A DNA stretch of 64,000 nucleotides from Gaiellales bacterium. GTDB taxonomy: Bacteria > Actinomycetota > Thermoleophilia > Gaiellales > Gaiellaceae. The stretch covers positions 4,907 to 68,906 of the forward strand of contig JBBRYK010000006.1 in the NCBI GenBank assembly GCA_038237665.1. The letters are read 5' to 3'. Positions 44,763 through 52,768 of the stretch are shown here, piece after piece. How positions within the stretch are numbered: position 1 is the stretch's first letter; each line of letters opens with the position of its first letter. The notes below the pieces were generated by a model that was not told the DNA's origin, ran no database searches, and saw nothing but the letters and a program-made list of their open reading frames with translations. The position numbers were made by a program, and so were the translations under genes.

Positions 44763-47323
44763 GGCTGCGCGATCAGCTCCCGCGCGGCCGCGAGCTCGGA
44801 CTCGCGGCCGTCCAGCTGCCCGTTGAGCTTGCGGCGCCGGAGCTCGCCGAGGATCTCCCCGACGCGGGGAGACTCGCCGAGGCCGAGGTCGGCTAGATCG
44901 GTGCCGGTGATCTCCAGGCGGATGCTCTTCAGGCTCGTGAAGTACTCGCGCAGACGGTCGTCGTCGGTCAGGGCAAGCGCGAAGAGCGGGGCGTCCGGCG
45001 CATAGGGTTCGGCGAGCGCGACGAGCTCCGAGGCTTCGAGCGTGCGCGAGCGAAGCTGCTCGACCAGCCGGGGCCCGACGGTCACGGCCGCGGCCACGAG
45101 CTCGGCATCCTTGCGCGCCACCTTCAGCCGGGAAAGCCATTCATAGGCCTCGTGCGAGGAAAGACGCCTCCCGAGCGCCGCGAGTCCGAGCCGCCACGCC
45201 GGCACGCCGAGGGCGAACTCGGCGTTCAGCTCGCGTAGGCGTCCGATCAACTCGATCGCCTCCTCGTCCGCGGCGAGGTGCGGATGGACGGCGTCGTCCG
45301 CGCTCAGCTCCGCCAGCCGGCGGATCGAGTGGGCGATCTCGCCCTCCTCGAGCAGCGCGACTCGCTCGACGCGCAGCCGCGCCGACGAGAGGTCGCCGAC
45401 GAGGCCCATCTCGATGCAGCCGTGCGCAAGCGCGAGCGTGTGCTCGTCCATCCGGAAGCCGTAGCGATTCTCGTAGCGGATGGCCCGAAAGATGCGAGTC
45501 GGGTCGTCGATGAACGAGAGGTTGTGCAGGACGCGGATCCGGCCCGCCTCGAGGTCGCGCTGCCCGCCGAACGGATCCACGAGCCGACCGAAGTCGTCGC
45601 CCTTGAGCGAGGCGGCCATGGCGTTGATCGTGAAGTCGCGGCGGAAGAGATCCTCGCGGATCGTCGCGTGCTCGACCGAGGGGAGCGCTCCCGGAGCGTC
45701 GTAGAACTCGGTCCGTGCAGTGACCACGTCGACGTGCTGGTCGTCGTCGCCGTAGACGACGACCGCGGTCGCGAACTTCTCGTGTGGGCGGACCCTGCCG
45801 CCGAGAGCAGCGGCGAGCGTATGCGCAAGCGCGACCGCATCGCCTTCGACGGCGATGTCGACGTCGAAGTTCGGCGCGCCGAGCAGGATGTCGCGCACCG
45901 TGCCCCCGACGAGGTAGACGCCTCCCGCGTGCTCGCCCGCCGCAGCCACCGCTTCGAAGACCCGGGTCAGGTGCGGGAGCGACTCGAGGGCCTCGGCAAT
46001 GCTCGCCTGCGCCGTCGGCTCCGTCTCCTCTGCGGCACCGAGCGCGCGCAGAACGTCGGTGCGCGTCACCACCCCGACGACGCGGTCGTGCTGGACCACG
46101 GCGACGCGGCCCTCGCCCGAAGGGACGAGCAGCTCCTGCAGTTGGGGCAGCGGCGTGTCCTCGGCGCAGGTCGGGACGTTGCGACTCATGATCCCGCGGA
46201 CGGGGGCGTGCGCAAGGCCGTGACCGACTGCCTTGTCGAGATCCTCGCGCGCGACAGATCCGACGAGCCGGTCTCGGTCAAGCACGAGGACCCCGCTCTG
46301 GCCATGGCGCTGGCAGACGACCATCGCGTGGGCGACGGTGTCGTCAGGCCCCACGCACCGGGGAGGACGTGACATCAGCTCGCCCGCGCTCGGGGCGCGG
46401 CGAACGGCGGAGCGAAGGCCTTCGATCAGTTGCTCCCGCGCCTGCTCGAGCGGTACCCGCGCGATTGCGGACGCCGCCTGTGCGTGCCCGCCACCCCCGA
46501 GAGCCGAGGCCGCGGCTGACGCGTCGAGCTCGGTCGTGCGGCTCCGGACGACGGCGAACACGCGCTCGTCCATCTCGACGAGGAGGGCTAGCGCGCGGCA
46601 GCCGGTCAGGTCGACGATCTTGTGCGCCAGGTTGGAGACGCCCTCGACGTAGGTCGGCCACGCGAGGGCGGCGACGAGAACCTCGACACCGTCCGCCTCG
46701 ATGGGCTCGAGCCGCTCGAGCAGCGCGTTCAGGAGCTCGCGCTCGGCTTCGGCGAGCGGCATGTGCAGGTAGCGCGCGAGCAGCTCCTGCTTGGCGCCGT
46801 GACGCAGACACCAGGCGAGCGCGTCGGCATCACGCTGGGTGGCGCTCGGGTAGGTGATCGACCCGGTGTCCTCGTGGATTCCGAGCGCGAAGACCGTGGC
46901 CTCGAGCGGCGAGATGGGGATCTCGCGCTCGGCCAGGATCCCGACGAGCGTCGTTGTCAGCGCCCCGTCCTGCGAGAGGACGGCGGTCTCCGGATTGACC
47001 CAGTCGGGAAGCGGCTCGTCGTGGTGGTCGAAGACGACCTTCTCGACGCTCGGGTCGAGCGCGACCTGCTCGAGCTCGCCAAGCCGCGAGGCCTGAACCG
47101 TCTCCACGATCACGAGGCGGCGAATCGCGTCGAGCTCGAGGCGGCCGGCGTCGACGATCGGGAGCTCGTCGGCGTGCAGGCGATAGAACTCCCGGACGTT
47201 GCGGTTCAGCGAGCCCGGGAGGCACACCACCGCCTCGGGATAGAGGCGCTGCGCAGCCAGCGTCGCCGCAAAGGCGTCGAAATCGGTGTTGCCATGGGTG
47301 ACGATCACCTCTGCGGCGCGCAT
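44759..47323 (-). CDS. DHH/DHHA1 - tandem CBS - tRNA nucleotidyltransferase (CCA-adding / poly(A) polymerase family) fusion protein
   Basis: 854 aa from MRAAEVIVTHGNTDFDAF (DHH), then GGGGHAQAAS (DHHA1) and two CBS-like segments. These are followed by GGTVRDILLG..NFDVDIAV and RDFTINAM (nucleotidyltransferase head). The longer track start (47590) is rejected. Confidence 0.85.
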   Translation of the reverse strand: MRAAEVIVTHGNTDFDAFAATLAAQRLYPEAVVCLPGSLNRNVREFYRLHADELPIVDAGRLELDAIRRLVIVETVQASRLGELEQVALDPSVEKVVFDHHDEPLPDWVNPETAVLSQDGALTTTLVGILAEREIPISPLEATVFALGIHEDTGSITYPSATQRDADALAWCLRHGAKQELLARYLHMPLAEAERELLNALLERLEPIEADGVEVLVAALAWPTYVEGVSNLAHKIVDLTGCRALALLVEMDERVFAVVRSRTTELDASAAASALGGGGHAQAASAIARVPLEQAREQLIEGLRSAVRRAPSAGELMSRPPRCVGPDDTVAHAMVVCQRHGQSGVLVLDRDRLVGSVAREDLDKAVGHGLAHAPVRGIMSRNVPTCAEDTPLPQLQELLVPSGEGRVAVVQHDRVVGVVTRTDVLRALGAAEETEPTAQASIAEALESLPHLTRVFEAVAAAGEHAGGVYLVGGTVRDILLGAPNFDVDIAVEGDAVALAHTLAAALGGRVRPHEKFATAVVVYGDDDQHVDVVTARTEFYDAPGALPSVEHATIREDLFRRDFTINAMAASLKGDDFGRLVDPFGGQRDLEAGRIRVLHNLSFIDDPTRIFRAIRYENRYGFRMDEHTLALAHGCIEMGLVGDLSSARLRVERVALLEEGEIAHSIRRLAELSADDAVHPHLAADEEAIELIGRLRELNAEFALGVPAWRLGLAALGRRLSSHEAYEWLSRLKVARKDAELVAAAVTVGPRLVEQLRSRTLEASELVALAEPYAPDAPLFALALTDDDRLREYFTSLKSIRLEITGTDLADLGLGESPRVGEILGELRRRKLNGQLDGRESELAAARELIAQP

Positions 47324-47552
47324 CCAGGCATTGTGCCTTCGGTTGCGGGGCCGCAGCCGTGACGCTTTCGGCACAGAACGTGCACACACGCGTGCGCCCG
47401 GCGTGGCTACGCTCATCGGCGGGGGAAAGAACACGAGGGGCCCCCGGGGGAAGCACTCCTTTGCCGGCCGGACACGACTCCTGTGGGCCTGGCTTCCTTG
47501 GACAGATTTGGCAACGGCCCGCACGCAGGCCAGGCCGCCGGCAACCGGGTCG

Positions 47553-47942
47553 CTAGGCGATCGCGATCGCCTCGATCTCGACCAGCGCACCGCTCGGCAG
47601 GCGCGATACCTCCAGAGTCGCCCTGGCCGGCGGGTTCTCCCCGACGTGCTGCGCGTAGACCGAGTTCATGCCCTGGAAGTCGTCGAGGTTCGTGAGGTAC
47701 ACGGTCGTCTTGACCAGGCGGTCCAGACCGGTGCCGGCCTCCTCGAGGATCGCCCGCAGGTTGGCGAACACCTGCTCGGTTTGCTGCTCGATCGTCTTGC
47801 CCACGATCTCGTGGGCGCCCGGGCGCAGCGAGAGCTGCCCCGACACGAACACGAAGCCGCCGGCCTCGATCGCCTGCGAGTACGACGCCCCCTGGAACGG
47901 CGCGGGCGCCGCCTCGGTCCGAACCACGGCCTTACCGGTCAC
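47553..47942 (-). CDS. ridA: RidA/YjgF-family reactive-intermediate deaminase
   Basis: 129 aa: APAPFQGASYSQAIEAGGFVFVSGQ...TTVYL.....F..MN.VY...F...PAR..VEV..LP.GALVEIE. Confidence 0.9.
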   Translation of the reverse strand: MTGKAVVRTEAAPAPFQGASYSQAIEAGGFVFVSGQLSLRPGAHEIVGKTIEQQTEQVFANLRAILEEAGTGLDRLVKTTVYLTNLDDFQGMNSVYAQHVGENPPARATLEVSRLPSGALVEIEAIAIA

Positions 47943-48472
47943 TGTTCCTCCTTCCGCACGCGCGGCCGGGCTGCCTGCGCCAGCGCCACACCGAGTGCCT
48001 TGAAGATCGCCTCCAGCACATGCTGAGGGTCGGCGCCCTCGATCAGTCGCACGTGCAGCGTCAACCCTGCGGTCTCGGCGAACTCGCGCAGGAAGACCGA
48101 TGCGAGGTCGCTATCGAGGCCGCCGACCATCGCATCCGACAGGTCCACGTTCGCAACGAAGAGCGGTCGTCCCGATGCCTCGAGAGCGACGTGCGCGAGC
48201 GCCTCGTCTGCCGGGACGACGCACGACCCGTGGCCGCGAACACCCTCCTCGCGGAGCTGGTCGGCCAGCGCCTTGCCGAGCGCCTGAGCCGCGGCCACGA
48301 CCTCGGCCCCGGGGCTTCCCGGTGCGACCTCGAGGTTGAGACCCAGCGACCCGTACTGCGACATCAGCGTCAGGAGGTGATCGAGCACCGGCAGACCGGT
48401 GCTCACGTGCGCCTCGCCGGGGCCGGCGACGCTCGCATGCACCTGCAGCCGCTCGTGCGTCTGCTCGCTCAT
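47939..48472 (-). CDS. imidazoleglycerol-phosphate dehydratase-like protein with degenerate metal-binding motifs
   Basis: 177 aa colinear with IGPD (TGLPVLDHLL, PADEALAHVALEASGRP, LHVRL..G.D.QH..EA.FKALG.AL.QA). The HHxxED motif is replaced by GAEVVAAA, the second HH is QH, and the N-terminal R-T-x-E-T is absent. Confidence 0.75.
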   Translation of the reverse strand: MSEQTHERLQVHASVAGPGEAHVSTGLPVLDHLLTLMSQYGSLGLNLEVAPGSPGAEVVAAAQALGKALADQLREEGVRGHGSCVVPADEALAHVALEASGRPLFVANVDLSDAMVGGLDSDLASVFLREFAETAGLTLHVRLIEGADPQHVLEAIFKALGVALAQAARPRVRKEEQ

Positions 48473-48478
48473 CGCGGT

Positions 48479-49786
48479 TTAGCCCTCGATCCGCTCGATG
48501 TGGGCGCCGAGCGCACGCAGCCGCTCGTCGATCCGCTCGTAGCCCTTGTCGATCTGGTCGGCGGCGCCGATCGTCGACTCGCCGTCCGCGCACAGGCCGG
48601 CCAGGAGCATGGCCATTCCGGCGCGGATATCCGGACTCTCCATGCGTTGGCCTTTCAGCCGCGTGGGGCCGGTCACAACTGCGCGATGCGGGTCGCAGAG
48701 GATGATCCGCGCGCCCATGCCGACGAGCTTGTCCGTGAAGAACAGGCGGTTTTCGAACATCTTCTCGAATACGAGCAGCGCTCCACGGGCCTGGGTTGCA
48801 ACCGTCAGGGCGATCGAAGTCAAGTCGGACGGAAACGCAGGCCACGGCCCGTCCTCGATCTTCGGAATGAACCCGCCGAGGTCGTCCTGGATCACGAGCT
48901 CCTGACCCGGCGGCACGCGCACGCTCGTGCCCTCGATCTCGACCTCGACGCCCAGCTTCCGGAAAGCGGGCACGATCGAGATCAGATCCTTGGCGTGGGC
49001 GTCATCGATCGTCACATCGCCTCCCGTCATCGCGGCGAGCCCGATGAAGCTGCCCACCTCGATGTGATCGGTTCCGATCCGCCACGAGCCACCGGCGAGC
49101 GCCTGGACGCCGTGGATCCGCAGAACGTTCGACTCGATTCCCTCGATGTGCGCGCCGAGCGAGACGAGGAAGCGGCACAGGTCCTGCACGTGGGGCTCGC
49201 AGGCCGCGTTGCCGACCACGGTCTCCCCTTGAGCCAGCACCGCAGCCATGACCGTGTTCTCGGTCGCCATCACGCTCGCCTCGTCGAGGAACACCTCGAC
49301 GCCGCGCAGACCGTCGGTGTGCATCTCGTAGCGCCCGTCGATATCGATTCGCGCTCCCAGCTTCGCCAGCGCATGGATGTGCGGGTCGAGGCGCCGCCGT
49401 CCAATCACGTCTCCGCCCGGCGGCGGCATGCCCACGCGGCCGGCCCGTGCGAGCAGAGGGCCGGCAAGCAGGAACGAGGCCCGCATGCGGCTGGCGAGGT
49501 CGGCATCGACTTCGTGCCGCGCGAGATCAGCCACGTGGACGCGCACCTCGTTCGCGCCGGTCCACTCGACTTCGGCACCCAGATGCTCGAGGAGGTCGAG
49601 CATCGTCTGAACGTCGCGGATCCGCGGGACGTTCGAGAGCTCGACCGGCTCGGATGTCAGAACGCACGCCGCCAGGATCGGCAGTGCGCCGTTCTTGTTT
49701 CCGGCGGCTCGGATCCGCCCATGGAGCGGACGGCCGCCCTCGATGACGAATGACTCGGCCAACGCGTCTGCGACGGCGATTGACAT
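48479..49786 (-). CDS. murA: UDP-N-acetylglucosamine 1-carboxyvinyltransferase
   Basis: 435 aa from MSIAVADALAESFVIEGG...AAGNKNGALP. The active-site loop is PPPGGDVIGRRRLD (Asp126, codon 49409-49411) where E. coli MurA has Cys. Confidence 0.9.
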   Translation of the reverse strand: MSIAVADALAESFVIEGGRPLHGRIRAAGNKNGALPILAACVLTSEPVELSNVPRIRDVQTMLDLLEHLGAEVEWTGANEVRVHVADLARHEVDADLASRMRASFLLAGPLLARAGRVGMPPPGGDVIGRRRLDPHIHALAKLGARIDIDGRYEMHTDGLRGVEVFLDEASVMATENTVMAAVLAQGETVVGNAACEPHVQDLCRFLVSLGAHIEGIESNVLRIHGVQALAGGSWRIGTDHIEVGSFIGLAAMTGGDVTIDDAHAKDLISIVPAFRKLGVEVEIEGTSVRVPPGQELVIQDDLGGFIPKIEDGPWPAFPSDLTSIALTVATQARGALLVFEKMFENRLFFTDKLVGMGARIILCDPHRAVVTGPTRLKGQRMESPDIRAGMAMLLAGLCADGESTIGAADQIDKGYERIDERLRALGAHIERIEG

Positions 49787-50378
49787 GGAGCGGGAGGCTA
49801 TCCTAGCTCGCCTCATGGAGGTCACCCGCGAACGAGCCTGGGAGACGCTGACCCAGTACACGAAGAGCGAGGCGCTCCGCCGCCACGCGCTCGCCGTCGA
49901 AGCTGCGACTCGAGCCTACGCCAGACGCTTCGGCGAGGACGAGGAGGTCTGGGGAGTGACCGCCCTACTGCACGACTTCGACTGGGAGATCCACCCCACC
50001 CTCGACCAGCACCCCCAGGAGGGCGCGCCCATCCTGCGTGAGGAGGGCTACCCCGAGGTCGTGATCGAAGGCATCCTCTCGCACGCGCAGCACCTCGGTA
50101 TGCCTCGCGACACGCCGCTCAAGAAAACGCTCTTCGCCTGTGACGAGCTCGCCGGCTTCATCCACGCCTGCGGCCTCGTGCGGCCGGACGGGATCGAGAC
50201 TCTCGAGCCCAAGTCGGTCCGCAAGAAGCTAAAGCAGCCCTCGTTCGCTGCCGGGGTCAACCGCGACGACGTCTACCAGGGTGCGGAGGAGCTGGGCGTG
50301 GAGCTCGACGAGCACATCGCATTCGTGACCGAGGCGCTGCGACCGATCGCGGCCGACCTCGGCCTGCGAACCGGCTGA
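49785..50378 (+). CDS. HD-domain metal-dependent phosphohydrolase
   Basis: 197 aa from MEREAILARLMEV, with RRHALAVEAA...TALLHDFDWE (H...HD) and SHA motifs. Confidence 0.8.
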   Translation: MEREAILARLMEVTRERAWETLTQYTKSEALRRHALAVEAATRAYARRFGEDEEVWGVTALLHDFDWEIHPTLDQHPQEGAPILREEGYPEVVIEGILSHAQHLGMPRDTPLKKTLFACDELAGFIHACGLVRPDGIETLEPKSVRKKLKQPSFAAGVNRDDVYQGAEELGVELDEHIAFVTEALRPIAADLGLRTG

Positions 50379-50480
50379 GCCGAAGAAATCACAGAACCGG
50401 CACAGTCACGCGCGAACGCTCGCGCTAGGGTCAGCCACGAGGGAGGCGGGCATGAAGCCCCACTCTGGGTGGGGGAACGC

Positions 50481-51584
50481 TCATGCTCCGAGCGCGTCGA
50501 CCAGGCGCTCCAGATCGTCGTCGCTCGTCCAGTAGCCGCAGGAGGCCCGTAGCCACCCGAGGCCCGGGGCGTCGCGGATGACCACCCCGCGCTCGTAGGC
50601 CTGCCGCACGAGCGCGGCAGGATCGCCGTCGACCCGGAAGGAGACGAGCGTTGCCTGACCGGGCTCGGTGACGACCTCGAAGGTGCGAGCGAGCAGCGAA
50701 CGGCAGTGCTCCGCCGTCTCCCGAGCGTGCTCGAACCGCCAGTCCGGGCGGCGCTCGAGAGCCGCTTCGAGTCCGGCCAGCGAGGCCGCCGGAATCCAGC
50801 CGGTGTCGAAGCGCGCCGCGCCGGGCTTCGGCTCGAACGCGCCGTCCTCTTCGTACGAGACCTGCGAGAAGTAGATCGGCCGCGCGATCCGCAGCCGTTC
50901 CGGATCGGCGACGTACAGCGCGCCCGTCGAGTCGGGGCCGCAGAGCCACTTCTGGCCGGAGACGGTGTAGAAGTCGGCCGGCGCGGCGGCGACCGGAATC
51001 GCGCCCACCGACTGGGCGCCATCGACGAGGAGCGGCGCGGAAATGTGCTCCTTCAGCTCGGCGAGTGGCAGGACGTGACCGGCGGTCCAGGTCACGTGCG
51101 AAATCGCCACCAGCCTCGTTCGAGGCCCGGTCTCGGCCAGGATCGCTTCGAGCGCCTGATCGGCGGGCCGCTCGCGGATTTTCGCGACGCGCACGCGCGC
51201 GCCGGAGGCATGCAACGGGCCTAGAAGTCCGAAGTGCTCGGAGTCGGTGGTGACGACCTCGTCACCCGCCTCCAGGCCGAGGCCGCCGACCACCACGTTG
51301 CACGCATCCGACGTCGAGTAGGTGAGCGCCAGCTGTCCGGGATCGACCGAGAGCTCCGCGGCGAGGAGCGCCCGGACGCGGCTGCGCAGATCGTGTACCG
51401 CTTCGTAGTACGGCCGGCCACCTCGCCCCTGCTCGAGATCGGCCTGCAATCGGGCGGCGAACGCCCCTGTTGTTCCCCGCGCGAGCGGACCGAAGGTGCC
51501 CGCATTCAGGTACGCGAGCCGCTCGAGCACCGGGAACTGCGCACGAACCTCGTCAAACGTCAACGCGGACCTCCACGGGGGCAT
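50481..51584 (-). CDS. class V aminotransferase / cysteine desulfurase-like PLP enzyme
   Basis: YLNAGTFGP, DSEHF, VDGAQSVG and SGQKWLCGP (PLP Lys) motifs. The start is uncertain: ATG 51584 overlaps the upstream gene by 32 nt; TTG 51563 is the alternative. Confidence 0.8.
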   Translation of the reverse strand: MPPWRSALTFDEVRAQFPVLERLAYLNAGTFGPLARGTTGAFAARLQADLEQGRGGRPYYEAVHDLRSRVRALLAAELSVDPGQLALTYSTSDACNVVVGGLGLEAGDEVVTTDSEHFGLLGPLHASGARVRVAKIRERPADQALEAILAETGPRTRLVAISHVTWTAGHVLPLAELKEHISAPLLVDGAQSVGAIPVAAAPADFYTVSGQKWLCGPDSTGALYVADPERLRIARPIYFSQVSYEEDGAFEPKPGAARFDTGWIPAASLAGLEAALERRPDWRFEHARETAEHCRSLLARTFEVVTEPGQATLVSFRVDGDPAALVRQAYERGVVIRDAPGLGWLRASCGYWTSDDDLERLVDALGA

Positions 51585-52227
51585 GGTCCGACAAAACGCG
51601 CCCGTGCACGATCCGGCGCTCCAGGGGCCAGGCCTCCACGGGCGTCGCCGGCGCCCCACGCACGAGGATGTGGTCGATCCCCGGCCCGGGCGGCGAGAAC
51701 CCCTCCAGCTGCGACCGCATGTTGAAGTCGCCGGCGAGGATGGACACCGACCCGCCGACGGCATCCAGCAGCGCGACCGCCCGGGCGAGCTCGGCGGCGC
51801 CGGATCCACGGCGGTCGCCGCTGGCGTGCAGGTTTCCGATCACGATCCCGCCGTCGATCTTCACCGCCTGGCAGCGGCGGTGCTCCTTCTTCTGGAGCAG
51901 TACGGAGCGCCGCTCCACGACGGTCAGCCGCTTCGCCAGCAGAATCGCGTTCGCCTGGCCGGTGAACGCCGAGCGGAAGAGCCCGTGGTGCAGGTCGGTG
52001 ATTGCCTTTGCGAGCGGCCTCGGCAGCAGCGGCCGCTCCGTGACGTCCCCGCCCGCGGTCATGCCGGTCCACCGCTCCAGCCGTGAGAGCGACCACACGG
52101 GGAGCTCCTGCAAGCAGACCACGTCGGGGTGATCAGCCGTGACGAGGCTGATCATCTCCTCGAGGTAGTCCCGCCGCTCGAGCGGATCCGCGTTGCCGTG
52201 ATAGACGTTCCAGCTCCGGACGAGCAC
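51553..52227 (-). CDS. endonuclease/exonuclease/phosphatase (EEP) family protein
   Basis: 224 aa: SWNVYHGN, VVCLQE, GDFN and a C-terminal SDHAPV. Confidence 0.8.
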   Translation of the reverse strand: MLVRSWNVYHGNADPLERRDYLEEMISLVTADHPDVVCLQELPVWSLSRLERWTGMTAGGDVTERPLLPRPLAKAITDLHHGLFRSAFTGQANAILLAKRLTVVERRSVLLQKKEHRRCQAVKIDGGIVIGNLHASGDRRGSGAAELARAVALLDAVGGSVSILAGDFNMRSQLEGFSPPGPGIDHILVRGAPATPVEAWPLERRIVHGRVLSDHAPVEVRVDV

Positions 52228-52414
52228 GGTCAGAATCCTCCGGCAAAGGCGCCGACGATCGTGCCGTACGCAAGATGTCCGAACAGCGTGATGAGCGCGG
52301 TCTGACGCCCGTAGTTTAAGAGCATGAAGCCCGGCGGCTCGAGGATCGGCGTCTCCTCGGCGTCCGTCCAGGGCGTGCCCATCCGCGGGTTCACCGACGG
52401 AAGCACGACCGTGA

Positions 52415-52768
52415 TCAGCGAACGATCTCCCGCATCGGACCGAGGCCTTCGCCGATCAGGCACATCGCGTCGGTGAGCCGGACGGTGCCGCCCGCGGTTC
52501 GGAACGTCGTCTCCAGGACGTTCGTACCGTCGAGGTAGCGGCGCTCGGCCTCGAACGGCCCGGCCGGGGTGATGCGGAAGGTGCCGCCGCGGTCGGCGTC
52601 GAGCACGGCCGCGAACACGGAGCCGGAATCGAAGTTCGGCACGCAGAGCCAGTCGATCGCGCCGTCGAGCGCCACCAACGCCGCCGTGCGCCCGTCCCCG
52701 ATGATCGCGTAGTCGCGGATCGGGGCATAGCCATCCGTTCGCCGCGCCTGCGGGCTATCGGTGGCCAA
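52415..52768 (-). pseudogene. glycoside hydrolase family 15 (glucoamylase/trehalase-like) N-terminal fragment
   Basis: [44 protein letters not shown]...GGTFRI.P...[12 protein letters not shown] matches the first ~110 aa of ~600-aa GH15 proteins, then stops. The catalytic (alpha/alpha)6 domain is missing. Confidence 0.55.

Noticed and set aside
47324-47552. 230-nt non-coding stretch upstream of the DHH-CBS-CCA gene, considered as a riboswitch or small RNA.
   Set aside because: It has only short palindromes and no match to any RNA family I can recognise by eye. It needs a covariance-model scan.
50410-50425. GCGCGA-ACGC-TCGCGC hairpin between the convergent HD-domain and aminotransferase genes.
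   Set aside because: The 6-bp stem has no U-tract, so it is too weak to call a terminator with confidence.
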